Assembly: GCA_965206645.1 (NCBI GenBank)
Contig: CBDBKE010000004.1
Location: forward strand, 2,048,001 to 2,112,000
Direction: 5' to 3'
DNA: 64,000 nucleotides
Source of the DNA: Terriglobia bacterium
GTDB lineage: Bacteria; Acidobacteriota; Terriglobia; JAJPHL01; JAPKYU01
Part shown: positions 38,474 through 49,519 of the stretch, in pieces
Layout: each line of letters starts with the position of its first letter
How positions within the stretch are numbered: the first letter of the stretch is position 1
Notes under the pieces: model-generated
The model's database searches: none
What the model was told of the DNA's origin: nothing
The model's input: only the letters and a program-made list of their open reading frames with translations
Translations under genes and position numbers: made by a program

Positions 38474-40825
38474 TTAATGTTCATGCTTCCTGCGTTGAAG
38501 TTCGGCGGCGATCCAGTCCGACATCTGACTCCGATGTAGGCCGCAAAAGACATTACGAACAGGAAGACTGCGGTCGAATTTCCGCCGGATCTCCGCATTC
38601 TTTATGCCCTGGTCGTCGGCCACAATCGTTTCCCATTCGACCTTCACGTGGAACTCTTCATCCTCATCGAAAACCGTATGGCCATGGATAACGCTACCGT
38701 CAACGATACGCCCACATGCCAGGATGCCCTTTACGTTGACATAGGCGAATACTCTCTGTCCTGCGATACTTCCTTCCAGATTTACCGGACCGTTGGGATA
38801 GCCATAAATGGCAATTACACCCTGATCAAACATCTTGGAGTATGCGCCCGGCGCGTAGGTTTCATTCGTATTGAAGAACCAATCGCCATGCCAATCGCCA
38901 TCGGCACTTTCTCTTGCTGTCTGAAGCTTTGGCAGTTGCTCTATTTCCAACAGAAATTCCCCAGCATCGTTGTCTCCATCGGTGTAAATCGCGAAGGGTA
39001 TGAAGCTGATCGGCACACCATACCCCCTTAGCCATTCTATAATCCGAGCCAGACCCTCGTCGGAGGCCGGTGCCACGATACAAATTCGATGACCTCTCGG
39101 ACGTTTCGGAATGTCTTTTGTTTCAACTGTTGGTGACCTGCCTGGCGATTTCCGGACCAGCTGAAGCCTGAGAGAATGGCGCCCTCGGAGAAACGAGGGA
39201 GCCATGAAGAAGACCCGGTTTACCGAAGAGCAGATGGTGACGATCCTCCGCGAGGCCGATCAGCGGCCCGTTCCGGAGGTGGCCAAAAAGAACGGCGTCA
39301 GCGCCCAGACGCTCTACGCCTGGCGGAAACACTTCGGCACGTTGGAGCCCGCCGATGTGAAGCGGCTGCGGCAGCTCGAGCAGGAGAACGGCCGGCTGAA
39401 AAAGATGGTGGCCGATCGAGATCTGGAGATCGACGTGCTCAAGGAGATCACCCGAAAAAAATGGTAGGCGCACGCGTGCGCCGGCCGCAGGTCGCGTATG
39501 CACGTGCACGCGGTCTGTCGGGTCGCCGCGCGTGCGCCTTGCTCTCCGTCGCACGGTCCACGCTGGGCTACCAGTCGCGGCTGGTCGACCGGGATGCCCC
39601 GGCGCTGGCCGCGATGCGTCGTCTGGCGGCGCAGTATCCGCGGTACGGCTATCGCCGGATTCGGATTTTCCTAAAACGCGAAGGGCACACGATGAGCGCG
39701 GACCGGACCCATCGCCTCTGGCGCCAGGCGGGGTTGCAGGTGCCTCGGCGGCGGCCGCGGCGCCGGGTCGCCCTGAGCCGGCCCCGCCCGGTGCCCGCCA
39801 CTGCGGTCAATCACGTCTGGGCGTACGACTTCGTGTTCGACACCTGCGCGAATGGGCAGACGCTCAAGTGCCTCACCGTCGTCGACGAATGGACCCGCGA
39901 GTCACTCGCGATCGACGTGGCCGGCGGCATTCGGTCCGGGCGCGTTATCGAGGTGCTCACGCAGCTCGTGAGCGTCCACGGAGCCCCACGTTACCTCCGG
40001 TCCGACAACGGCCCCGAGTTTGTTGCGGGTGCGATTCTCCGGTGGCTGCTCCAGGCGCAGATCGAAACCGCGCTCATCAAGCCGGGGAAGCCGTGGCAGA
40101 ATGCGACCGACGAATCGTTCAACGGGAAGTTCCGCGACGAGTATCTGAGCCTGCAGTGGTTTCGGAACCGCGTGGACGCGAAGGTGGGGATCGAGCAATG
40201 GCGACGGCACTACAACGACGTGCGACCGCACTCGAGCCTTGGCTATCTGACGCCAGCCGAGTTCAAAGCGCAGCTCCGTGCTGGCTCGGATGACGGTGGG
40301 CGCTCGCCGGCGATGCCGGCTCACGCTGACCAAGAAGAACACGAGAGCGACTTAACCATGCCGACTGGCGCTGTTCTCCAGTAATCGGTGGTCCGAAGAA
40401 AGCCGGCAGGTCATTGGGTCGTCGGTTAAATCTCGAAACCGATCAAGCAACGGGACGTATTGCTCTTCACTGTGGTTACGTGTCCAGTATTGTCGATACA
40501 GCTCTTCCAAATCCTCATACGCACTCTGGGTCTTGTCAGCTGCATATTCAAGTAACTGCCCGACTGTTGCCCTATCGGACCAGTCTCGTTTTATCTCGAC
40601 AATAACCAAACTCCCTTCAGCGTCCAGAGCCAATATATCAGCCATGCTGAGACCACTGACGGATTGAGCGATCACCAATACCTCCTCGCCTCCAAACAAC
40701 AACTTCGGGTGCCGGGACATCCAGTCCTCCAAGTCCTTCTCTGCGAAGCCCAACTCTGATGCTGAACTTTCCACAAATGCCTGAAATTCGATTTCGTCTC
40801 GCTCACGGATGCGTCGAAATAGCAT
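38474..40825 (-). pseudogene. NucS-like endonuclease plus EVE/PUA-like domain, interrupted by IS3
   Basis: EKDLEDW, DILALD..LVIVEIKR; C-terminal part WFFNTN...VFAYVNVKGILACG; TTGG duplication. Confidence 0.78.
39134..40413 (+). mobile_element. IS3-family element copy 2 (TTGG target duplication)
   Basis: Near-identical to 8018-9297. Confidence 0.96.
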
Positions 40826-41040
40826 CCGTGCCTCCTTCAGCAACGTTTACAACATTAGTCAAGGATGCTAGGGACAGAGACTCGTCGACCGCTTCACTTA
40901 ATTGCGTGCCGCGGTCCGTCAAAATCGTCGCCGACCGCACTCATCTCCATCACTTCGCGTTTCGGGATATACCGATTTGGCAGTCGCGCCTGCCTGTAGG
41001 TCTTATAATGGGAACGGAAGTAAGGCCGGCGGCAGCGGTA

Positions 41041-41143
41041 GATCAGGCCCACTCGCGTATCTTCGAGCTTCAGCAGGCAGAAGAGCCTCAGGCAGAATCC
41101 TAGTGCAACGCGCATCAGAGAGCGGCGGGGCAATCCCCGCCGC
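41041..41143 (+). repeat. Duplicate of the 3' end and downstream hairpin of 15909-16157
   Basis: DQAHSRIFELQQAEEPQAES* followed by GCGGCGGGG..CCCCGCCGC. Confidence 0.88.
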
Positions 41144-41160
41144 GATCCGATCCTTTCGAC

Positions 41161-41291
41161 GGTACTGTCAAGTTGAGCAGAATCCGCCCGTTTTGCGGAA
41201 GGATTCTGCTGGATCAGAGACTGAGAATCAATGACTTAGCGGTGGCGGCGGGCGGCGAGAATGCCGCCAAACTGCTTAACTTGACAGTACC
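41161..41291 (-). mobile_element. 131-bp MITE copy 3 (inverted)
   Basis: Reverse complement of copies 1 and 2. Confidence 0.9.
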
Positions 41292-41404
41292 CGGGATTCC
41301 AACCGAGACGGAGTGGATCGAAGGAGGAACGGGGAGCGAACTGCGGGAGCAGGTGGGGACCATCAAGCGCTGCTATCGCAACGATTGGATCACGCTCGAC
41401 AACA

Positions 41405-41575
41405 AGCTGCGCGGCCAGTAGAGCATGGCGATGGCAGCAACTACCGTCAAGAAACCGTCAGAAAACTCGCCCATCAAGCGGGCTAGGCGTAGGCGTTGCG
41501 AGCGAAAGCAGACGCCCCAAAACCGTGTAAGAGCAACGAAAGGAAGGAAATAGGAGAAAACCGTGGAAGACGCCA
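41405..41575 (-). repeat. Repeat A copy 3 (inverted)
   Basis: Reverse complement begins TGGCGTCTTCCACGGTTTTC. Confidence 0.9.
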
Positions 41576-41579
41576 GCCT

Positions 41580-42092
41580 GCTTCAGGAACAACTCATCGA
41601 TGCGCCGCATCAGCGCAAGGCTCTCCGCGCTTTCGCCCTTGGGCGTGTAATAGAGCCAGGATCGCCCGATCGATAGCAAACGGCATTGACGACTCAAGCT
41701 CAGTCCCGGGTGAGGGCGCCTCACTATCACCCGCCGCTCGGCCCGGCTCATCGACCGGACCCTGTGGACAAAAAATCCCGTTCAACCGTCAATTCGCCGA
41801 TCTTGGCGTGAAGCTCACGTACCTCGCTTTCATGATCTCGCCGGCCGCGATCCACACCGTTCGAGAACACCCCGCCAAGCCCTTCGATCGCTTGGCGCTT
41901 CCATGTGCTCACCTGGTTCGGATGCACCTGGTGCTTCGAGGCAATCTCCTGCAGCGTCCGGTAGCCCCGCAGCGCTTCCAGTGCCACCTTCGCTTTTAAA
42001 TCACCAGAAAACCTGCGCCTCCTCCTCATCGCATATCCCTCCTCAGTCGGTGGAATACACCTTAAAACGTCTGTCCGATTTTCCGGGGCCAC
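41580..42092 (-). pseudogene. Different IS3-family orfA/orfB remnant truncated by repeat A
   Basis: KAKVALEAL..HQVHPNQVSTWK..LHAKIGELTVERDFL; LSRQCRLLSI..MRRIDELFLK. Confidence 0.85.
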
Positions 42093-42152
42093 CTCACTCT
42101 ACCGCTCTTTCCTAGAACTAGCTCGGAACCCCGTCCTGGACCTGAGCGCCTT

Positions 42153-42515
42153 TCACAATCCCCTGCTGTATACCGCAATTGAAGTCCGGTACGACTTGGC
42201 TCCGCCGTCAGCTCCTGAGCCTTCACCCACTCCTCCATTCTCACCGGCTGCGTCCCCGGCAAAATCGGGCGAATCTGCTTCGGAAAGCCCCTGCCATTCC
42301 TGATCGAAGAGCGCGTGCCATTCTCCGGAAAACTCATCGTCGGGACCGGCGAGACCTTCGCGTTCGTAATGGCGTGCGATCGCCCCTGCGATCCAGGCGG
42401 CTTGTTCCGACAAGGAGAGGAGTGTCAGCTCCTCCCCCTCGTCGGTTTCTTCATCGTCACCGAAGTCATCCGCGAGGTCTGGAAGTTCAGGTTCGTCGAA
42501 TAGGAACTCATCCAT
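42153..42515 (-). CDS. Acidic hypothetical protein
   Basis: AAGAG RBS; operon-like with the upstream ORF. Confidence 0.5.
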   Translation of the reverse strand: MDEFLFDEPELPDLADDFGDDEETDEGEELTLLSLSEQAAWIAGAIARHYEREGLAGPDDEFSGEWHALFDQEWQGLSEADSPDFAGDAAGENGGVGEGSGADGGAKSYRTSIAVYSRGL

Positions 42516-42519
42516 CTCC

Positions 42520-42693
42520 TTACTCCTTGGTTTGGGTCGCCTGATTGTTTTGGCCGCCGTTCAGAATTGCGAGCGCCTTCATGTGATTCCGGATTTTGGT
42601 CTTCTTGTTCTTTTCAGCAAGCTTCAGTTCATCAAGTTCGCGTTCGAGGCGTTCGATTGCCGACTGAATGTCGGCGGTGATTTCTTCTGGCAT
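42520..42693 (-). CDS. Small coiled-coil protein
   Basis: AAGGAG RBS; MPEEITADIQSAIERLERELDEL. Confidence 0.55.
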   Translation of the reverse strand: MPEEITADIQSAIERLERELDELKLAEKNKKTKIRNHMKALAILNGGQNNQATQTKE

Positions 42694-42960
42694 CGTTGGC
42701 TCCTTTTGTTGATAGATTTGCGATCGGACGGTGTTGGTCCCGAGCCGCAAACGGCCCAGGACCGCAATAGACGGAGATCTACAAACGGGCGGTCCCCGGA
42801 TCGGATGATGCCTGCGATATGGATCGGAAAGGTGAGGTAGTACGTGCTCCATTTGTGCTCCATTAAGAGGAGCCTTGGAGCAAGCTGCTGAAACTACAGG
42901 GCGTCAGATTGGCCGAAAGTGAGCGCCATGGACGCTATGTTTTTTATTTTCAATCTAAGC

Positions 42961-43010
<50 letters not shown>

Positions 43011-43099
43011 TCTTTCCAATAACTTAGGAAGCCCTGCCACAACGGCCTGCTCCAAAATGCTCCATTAAGTGTTTACATCACCTGAAGAGCCGCCTCCAG

Positions 43100-43392
43100 G
43101 GTGCTGTCAAGTTAGCGTGAATGGCGCGTGTCGGTCCCTCGAAGGCTGACTGTCCCCAGGGTTTAGCAGGCGCACGTCACCTCACGCCAAACCTCGAAGG
43201 AGCGAGTTCTCAGCAGGCGATGGTTGACGGCCCGCATCAGGTGACGTCCGACGCGGAAGAGATTGAGCGCGAGTCCGTGCACCGACAGGAAGCGTTGCTC
43301 AATCTGCATCATTAGTGTCCTCTTCTTAAGGACTGCCCGGTTTTAACGGCTGGCGTGCATTCCGAGTTCTCACGCCGGGAACCTGACAGTCC
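43100..43392. mobile_element. IS6-like remnant sharing its terminus with the MITE
   Basis: GGTGCTGTCAAGTT ... AACCTGACAGTCC. Confidence 0.45.
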
Positions 43393-44180
43393 GGTTCTCC
43401 CTTCTAATAGCTAATGTGAAATCGAGATCAAAAACGGCTCAGGAAAATGAACCGATTCCGGGTGGCCCTCTGCCGCTTCGTCGGCCGGGTGGATATAGAC
43501 TCTAATTGTGATTTATCGACGTATGTTGTTGAGCGTAGCGGAGTGTTCGATACTCGCGATCATCTGTTCATGCAGGTCGGCACGCTGGGGGAAACATGGC
43601 GAGGCAGGGCGTTCGAGCTTTTCTATGCTAGTCGGGAAAGTGCTTAACCCCGAACTCCCTAACCCGTGCTTGCAAGGCCGGACGGGCTTCGGTTGTCTTG
43701 GTGATGACGCAAGTGATGAAGTTCGCCTTATTCCAGCCGTGGGCTTGATTGCGGTTGCAAGTCTCTGAGCAGAAGACGTTGCCTCAGATTCAGTGGATAG
43801 GTCCCCACTAGCCTCCGACTGACACAGGCCAGACAGCACCAAGGAGGAACGGGGTTAGTTAGTTCCTCAGGAGTCGGCTAGAGTTTACCTATGGTGCCAC
43901 GCAGGCCACTTGGATGTATAACGCCCTAACCGGACAAGTGCCTAGATTCCCTTCGGGGAAGTATGACCTGGCGCACAAGGCCGATAATCTCCACAAACTG
44001 TGGCAGTACTCACCTATGTTCCAGCCGGGCAAGCTAAAAGACCCTACTACCATGATTACCTCCCGCTTTGCCGGCGGGCCGCAGCGTTCGGGATTCGATT
44101 CAGTGACTACACCGAGGCCGACTGAGCTTGCCGGAGAACTTGCACGGCACCTCCTTGACCAACCCGGACACGGTCCCGTA

Positions 44181-44690
44181 TCAGCCTCTAAAGCTCGGGA
44201 TCTGCGATCCACACTGCCGCGCGTGCACTACCTGCCCGTACACATCGGCGGGCACGGACGGCCCCTTGCGAGTGCAATGCTGACGGTAAGCCTTCTCAAG
44301 CTCTCCGGCGATCTCATCAGGCGTCATGCGCTCGATGTGCCGACGCTCCAGCGCGTAGACAAACGCGCCGTCCTTGAACAGGGCGACGGACGGCGACGAT
44401 GGCGCAACCTCCGGCATGCGCTCGCGCGCGCGTTGGGTCGCCTCCATATCGACCCCCGCAAAAACCGTGGTCAAGTGATCCGGGATGACAGCGGCCTGCA
44501 GCGCCTGGGTGACCCCGGGTCGGGCGCCTCCAGCCGCACAGCCGCAGATGGAGTTTACGACAATGAGCGTGGTTCCAGGCTTGCCAAGAGCCTCATCAAC
44601 ATCGGCAGCGGTCTTAAGCGGTGTGACGCCACATTGCGCCAGCTCCTCCCACATCGGCCGCACTGCTTCCGGATCATACAAAGGCTGCAT
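44181..44690 (-). CDS. BrxA/BrxB bacilliredoxin-family protein
   Basis: VVNSICGCAAGGARPG, TVFAGVD, PSSPSVALFKDG. Confidence 0.92.
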   Translation of the reverse strand: MQPLYDPEAVRPMWEELAQCGVTPLKTAADVDEALGKPGTTLIVVNSICGCAAGGARPGVTQALQAAVIPDHLTTVFAGVDMEATQRARERMPEVAPSSPSVALFKDGAFVYALERRHIERMTPDEIAGELEKAYRQHCTRKGPSVPADVYGQVVHARQCGSQIPSFRG

Positions 44691-45078
44691 ACGAAACTCC
44701 CTCCATTTTGGTTTCTGCACTCTCTCGGGCGCTCGGGCTAAAACAGCGTCGAGCCCACCGCCATCACAAGAACCTATTAAGTATAACTCTTCGGTCACCG
44801 TTAAGATACTGCATATCGGGCAACTGCGCGATCACGAGGCTCAATGGGCTTCCGGCAGCTCGGGAATGGTGACAAGAGAGGAAGGCCATATTAGTGCAGA
44901 TGCACGCCAAAGCATGACCATAACAACTGCTGCAAGGACCCAACTCCGGCGAAACGGTCCCGGTAGAACGCTGCTTTGGATCACGACAGGCCCCCTTTGC
45001 AAAGAGCCACTGCCCGCACTCGTTTCTCAACTGAGGCCAATATCCGTCTGCGCTCTCTCGCCGAGGATCCGATATCGA

Positions 45079-45360
45079 TCAACAGGCCCAAGTCCGCCGA
45101 ACCGGGGCGCTCAGCGGCGGCGTGACGTGCCGTCCGCTGCAGCGCGTTGTTGGACGGCGTCGTCCCTCACTCCACAACCCTTCCTGCTCTTGCCGGGCAA
45201 GGACTAGCTCCCTCGGAAGGTCACTGGATTTATGCCTATGTAAGGCCGAAGCTGATGTTCCGAAACGGCGGGCAACGCTCCGCAAAGCTGTCCCGTTAAC
45301 CAGGGCAACCTCGATCTCCCTTCTAGCGGGGTGTTTACAGATGCTGCATTCCCTCGCCAA
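45079..45360 (-). pseudogene. Phage-type Cys/HTH protein remnant
   Basis: CSICKHPARREIEVAL..RSVARRFGTSASALHRHK. Confidence 0.55.
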
Positions 45361-45707
45361 CTTTGGACCTCCTCGTTTTGAAAATCTCAAACAATCGTTC
45401 AGACCTGTCGTCTAGGGGGTTTGATGCGCCTATCGGCGGGAAGGCTTCCATCCTACCAACAGGTTATAGGGGATTACCCGATAGGAAAATCAGGTGGGCA
45501 CGATTGGTGGGAACGGCCAGCGGTGAGGGGCCAGAATTTTCCTCTGAACGCTTCTCCATCGAAGGTGCAGTTTCGTGAGTTTCTATGAGGAATTACGAGG
45601 CTAGTCATCGTCACCTGGGCATGCACAACCCGCCCCCCTGGCCATTCCGACGCTCCTCAGGGGGAGATCCGCCCGAGTTTGAGTGACTGCTTTCGGCCAG
45701 AAGCGGA

Positions 45708-45771
45708 CATTAACGATTGAGCTCAGCCGCCCCGAGCGAAGCGAGGGGTCGGCTGGAGCGACTTGTTGTGC
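45708..45771 (-). other. Integron attC site
   Basis: Minus strand GCACAAC-AAGTCGCTCCAGCCGACCCCTCGCTTCGCTCGGGGCGGCTGAGCTCAATC-GTTAATG; 16 bp after the VOC stop. Confidence 0.8.
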
Positions 45772-45787
45772 TGCCCATAGGATCATG

Positions 45788-46225
45788 TCAATTCGAACTT
45801 TTCTTGACGTTGTCCACGACGTCCTCCATTGACTTTTGCTTATCAATGGGTTTCGTAAAGACGAGACGATAGCCATCCAGGTCGAACACAGTGATCTCAC
45901 GCGCGTTCCACGGCTGGTTAACTGGCCCACTAGCGATGCTTCCGCCCTTGCCGGCAATCTTAGCCGCAAGATTGTCCACTGAGCCTTGCGTCATGGCAAA
46001 GGTCAGACTCACTCCAACGCCCTTCGCTTCTGAAGTTTGACTGATGTCAGAAACGAGAAGCACGTCAGCATACTTGGCCCATCGCAGATGAATGAGAACC
46101 GGCGCACCAGTCGGGCCGGGCATCTCAAAGACAAGCTGAAAACCCAGCACGTCTTGATTAGGAATTACCACCATTAGTGTGCTTTTGCTCAGTATTACGG
46201 CGAAAGACTGTTGCTGGGATAGCAA
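45788..46225 (-). CDS. VOC/glyoxalase-family cassette gene (N-terminus looks degenerate)
   Basis: QDVLGF, PVNQPWNAREITVFDLDGYRLVF. Confidence 0.75.
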   Translation of the reverse strand: MLSQQQSFAVILSKSTLMVVIPNQDVLGFQLVFEMPGPTGAPVLIHLRWAKYADVLLVSDISQTSEAKGVGVSLTFAMTQGSVDNLAAKIAGKGGSIASGPVNQPWNAREITVFDLDGYRLVFTKPIDKQKSMEDVVDNVKKSSN

Positions 46226-46683
46226 CGATCAATCGCTCAGCGCCTCTCTCAGCCGACGACCGGACCGGGGAAGGCCCAGGGCTCGGCCTGGGCGAGTACG
46301 TGGCGCACACGGCGAATCTAGCCCGCGCCGAATGGCGCATCCACGGCGCGCCGCACGTCCTCCGAGCTCCTAGCCGTTCTCCAGCATGTATGGTTCAAGC
46401 TTCAGCCATTTGATGGATTCTAAGCACTTAAATGGGAATCTTCATTCTCATCATCTGGCACTTCCACGAGAAAACTCTACCAGCAGCAAGATAGAAATAC
46501 CTACTCGGCTTGGACTGAAAGCTCTGCGGGAGAGACAGTTCTGCCGAGTCCGGTGCAACTCATGCTCTTTCAGAGACTTGCATTACCGGCCCCTCTAGCG
46601 GGACAAGTGGAGAGTTTAACATCCCGATTCTGGGCCAGGCCTTGCACGAGGCGTGCTTAAGGCCCGTCAGCATTTCTCGGCCG

Positions 46684-47286
46684 TCACTTGGCTTCCGCTG
46701 CCAACAGGTTCTCGAACGCCACCTGCAGCTTTTCGTGACTGCCGATAATCGTGCGGCCCCAGGTGATCATGTGGGAGGGCGCATCTTCCGCTGGGTCGGG
46801 CCACCTGGCGGGCCGGCCGTAGAGAAAGAAGGCGTCCCACTCGACGCGATCGGAGCCGGGACGAGTCACGTGGGAGGCGTACCAGCGGCCCGCGACTTTT
46901 TGCGCGTCCCAGAAGTGGGTCACCCGGGAGTCGGCGAGCCTGTCGGTGGGCCACTCCGAACGGGCATCGGTGGGAATCATGTTGAACCACACGGCATACA
47001 CCGCAACGTCCAGCTTGGGATTTTTCTCCAGGATCTTTTTCTGCACCCACCGGGTGCCGGCCGTGCAGACGGGTCACGTGGGAGAAAGCAGCAGCACAAT
47101 GCGGATCTTCCCCTCGTCGCGGTTGAAGGTGGCCTGAAGATCCTCGACCCGCGCCAGGGTGTTCAGCCGCGTATCCTCCGCGGCCCAGAGGTCGCGAACC
47201 GGCGGCAACGAAGACAGAAGAGAGATGGCAACCAGCACGAAGGTCCAGGGACGGCCGTGGCGCATGTTTCGGGCTTTGTTCATCAT
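46684..47286 (-). CDS. Exported thioredoxin-fold selenoprotein (UxxC)
   Basis: Two track ORFs are in one frame joined by TGA 47074-47076: LLLSPT-U-PVC-TAGTRWVQ; hairpin follows the UGA. Confidence 0.82.
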
Positions 47287-47500
47287 GGTTCTCTCCATCT
47301 TGGTTCTCTGCAACGCGTCCGATGCACGGTAAGAGTCCCCTTATCCCCTCTTCCGGGTAGTTTCCCACCTATCCAGGCGGGTCAGGCCGCCTCCTCAACC
47401 ATGCTCCGCAACTTCGTGCCCTTGTACTTGCCCCAGCACGTGGGACATGGCCCGTACTTCTCAGCCTGGGGTGGCGGCGATTCCCGCTACGATGAATGAG

Positions 47501-49159
47501 CCGGAATTTCCATTTTGAGCTTCCCCTTCACCCGAAAACCTATGCCTCTTACCCTGTCGTGTCAATCGCAAATCGCCCGGGCCTCTTTGAGGTGGTAGTG
47601 CGGCACATTTTGGCTGTTCTTCGGAGTCGCTGTGCGGGTTTCGCCTGCCCAGCCTGCCTCGCCGCTGACACTTGTCCGGCCCGACCACTTCTGAGCACCT
47701 AAAATTACCCTCTCTCCTGGGTCGCTAGCCGTCTGGCAGCGGCAGTGCCGAGATCGTTCGCAGCATGCTGCTGAACAGCCTCCGGCTCAAGTGCCCTTCG
47801 GCCAGCAAAAGCCAGTAATATCGCGCATGTTTCACCAGCCGTCCTCCCGTTTTCACCAGCCGCTGCTGCAAACTCGTCAGCGACCAGTTGTTGATCCTCT
47901 TCGGTAGCACCAGCCGCCGCCACAGGTTTCCCAAGTTGTAGGCGATCAGGCTCAGCCATAGGCGCACCTCGTTCGACCGAAACCGATGGCAACTCAGCCG
48001 GGTCATCTTTACCGCCTGCTTGCCTTCCTTGATCCATTGCTCTGCGGTGCCCCGCTTGTTGTAGAACCGGACCACCGCCCGGCTGTCGGTCTCCAGATTG
48101 GTGACGATGAACCCCACGCGAGGGAACAGTTCGCCAAAGTGGAACTCCACCTTCGCCACCACCCGCCGCGCCTTTTTCCAACTGGCTGCCTGGTAGAGAA
48201 AGCTCTTGTGCCAGACCACCGGCTTGTGGCTCGGTCGCCCCACTGACCGCGTCAACAACTCCGCGATGTCCCTCTCCAGACTGTCGTTGGCCGGGATGCG
48301 AATCGCATACTTCACGTCCCGCTCCTCCAGTGCGTCGTAGATCTCCGGCTTGGCGAAGGCGGCGTCGGCGCGAAACACCACTTCCTTGCCCAGCTTCTGC
48401 TGCCGTTCGATCTCTGGCAGGAGAAGTTCTTCCCAATCCTCGGCGCTGTGCACGTTGCCGGGTCGCAGCTTGGCCGCCAGACAGTCACCCTCGCGACTGA
48501 ACAGCAACAACGGGTGATAGCAACTCGACTCGAAATGCCCGTTGTAGGCGCTCTGCTCCTGTTCGCCGTAGACCGGGATCTCGGTGCTGTCCATGTCCAG
48601 CACCACCCGGCGCGGCCCATCCATAGCTTCCGCCCTGGCGATCAAATCCCGGTTGATCGCTGCCAAACCAGCAAGGTTCTCGTCTTGCGTCAGCAGTTCT
48701 GTCTCGAACGACTGTAACCGGGAAGTCAGGGCTGCGCCACGTTCCCAGATCTTCTCCGAACCGATCAGCCGGAACGTCGGATCTTGGGAAAGCCGCTCGG
48801 CGTCGTTGACGTCTTCGTATCCTGCCAAGCGGCTGTAGATGGACTGCCGCAGCAAGTCAGCGAGGGGCAACCGGGTGTTCTTCCCCCGAGAGTCGATCAA
48901 GTGCTGTTCGATAAGTTCGCCGAACCCCAAACGTTCGTCCAACTCGCGCACCACAATCAGACCGCCGTCGGAAGTGATTCGCGATCCCTGAAATGTGACC
49001 CGCAGAAACCGGTTGAATGACAGTTGAAACGCCTGTTTTTGGCTCTCACCCATTCGGTGTACACCTCCGGAAGGCAATGTTGATGCTGGAACCCGCATCA
49101 ATACTGACGTTGGAGTCATTCAGAAGGTTGCCGCCGATAGTTCATAAAGGAAATCCGGG
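47501..49159 (-). mobile_element. IS1380-family element (transposase 47725-~49053)
   Basis: TSDGGL, VLDMDST, RADAAF, YNKRGTAEQWIKEGK; ends CCGGAATTTCC / GGAAATCCGG (approximate). Confidence 0.88.
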
Positions 49160-49519
49160 TTGATACCAACGCGAGGAGACAGCCAAATCTCGAACGGCCA
49201 GCATTGGAAAGGACGGCATCGGATAGAACTCAATTTCCATACTCATAATGATTCCTTGTATTGGCACCGCACGCAAGCAGCACAACGGATAAAGTTTTAT
49301 CCAGCATGCCTCGATCTATAGGAAAATCAAAAACCGATTTCTGATGCGAATCGGGCGCAGTCGGCCAGCATCCGGTAGCGAAGTGCCCGCGCGCTATGAG
49401 GGGGGTGCCGCCGTCACTCGCGCCTTGAAGATTGTCCGTAGCGGCCCGGAAGAGCCGGCAGCCTTGAGCCGAAATTTCCGATTTGAGCTTTCCCTCGCCC
49501 GAAAGCATACACCCGCCGC

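Noticed and set aside
8018-40413. The two IS3 copies as a composite transposon
   Set aside because: Each has its own 4-bp duplication (GGAT, TTGG) within a different gene.
43914-45207. Long plus-strand ORFs (275 and 240 aa)
   Set aside because: Largely antisense to the bacilliredoxin gene; typical GC-rich shadow ORFs.
46642-47499. 285-aa plus-strand and 233-aa minus-strand ORFs
   Set aside because: They overlap the better-supported selenoprotein frame and have no recognisable motifs.
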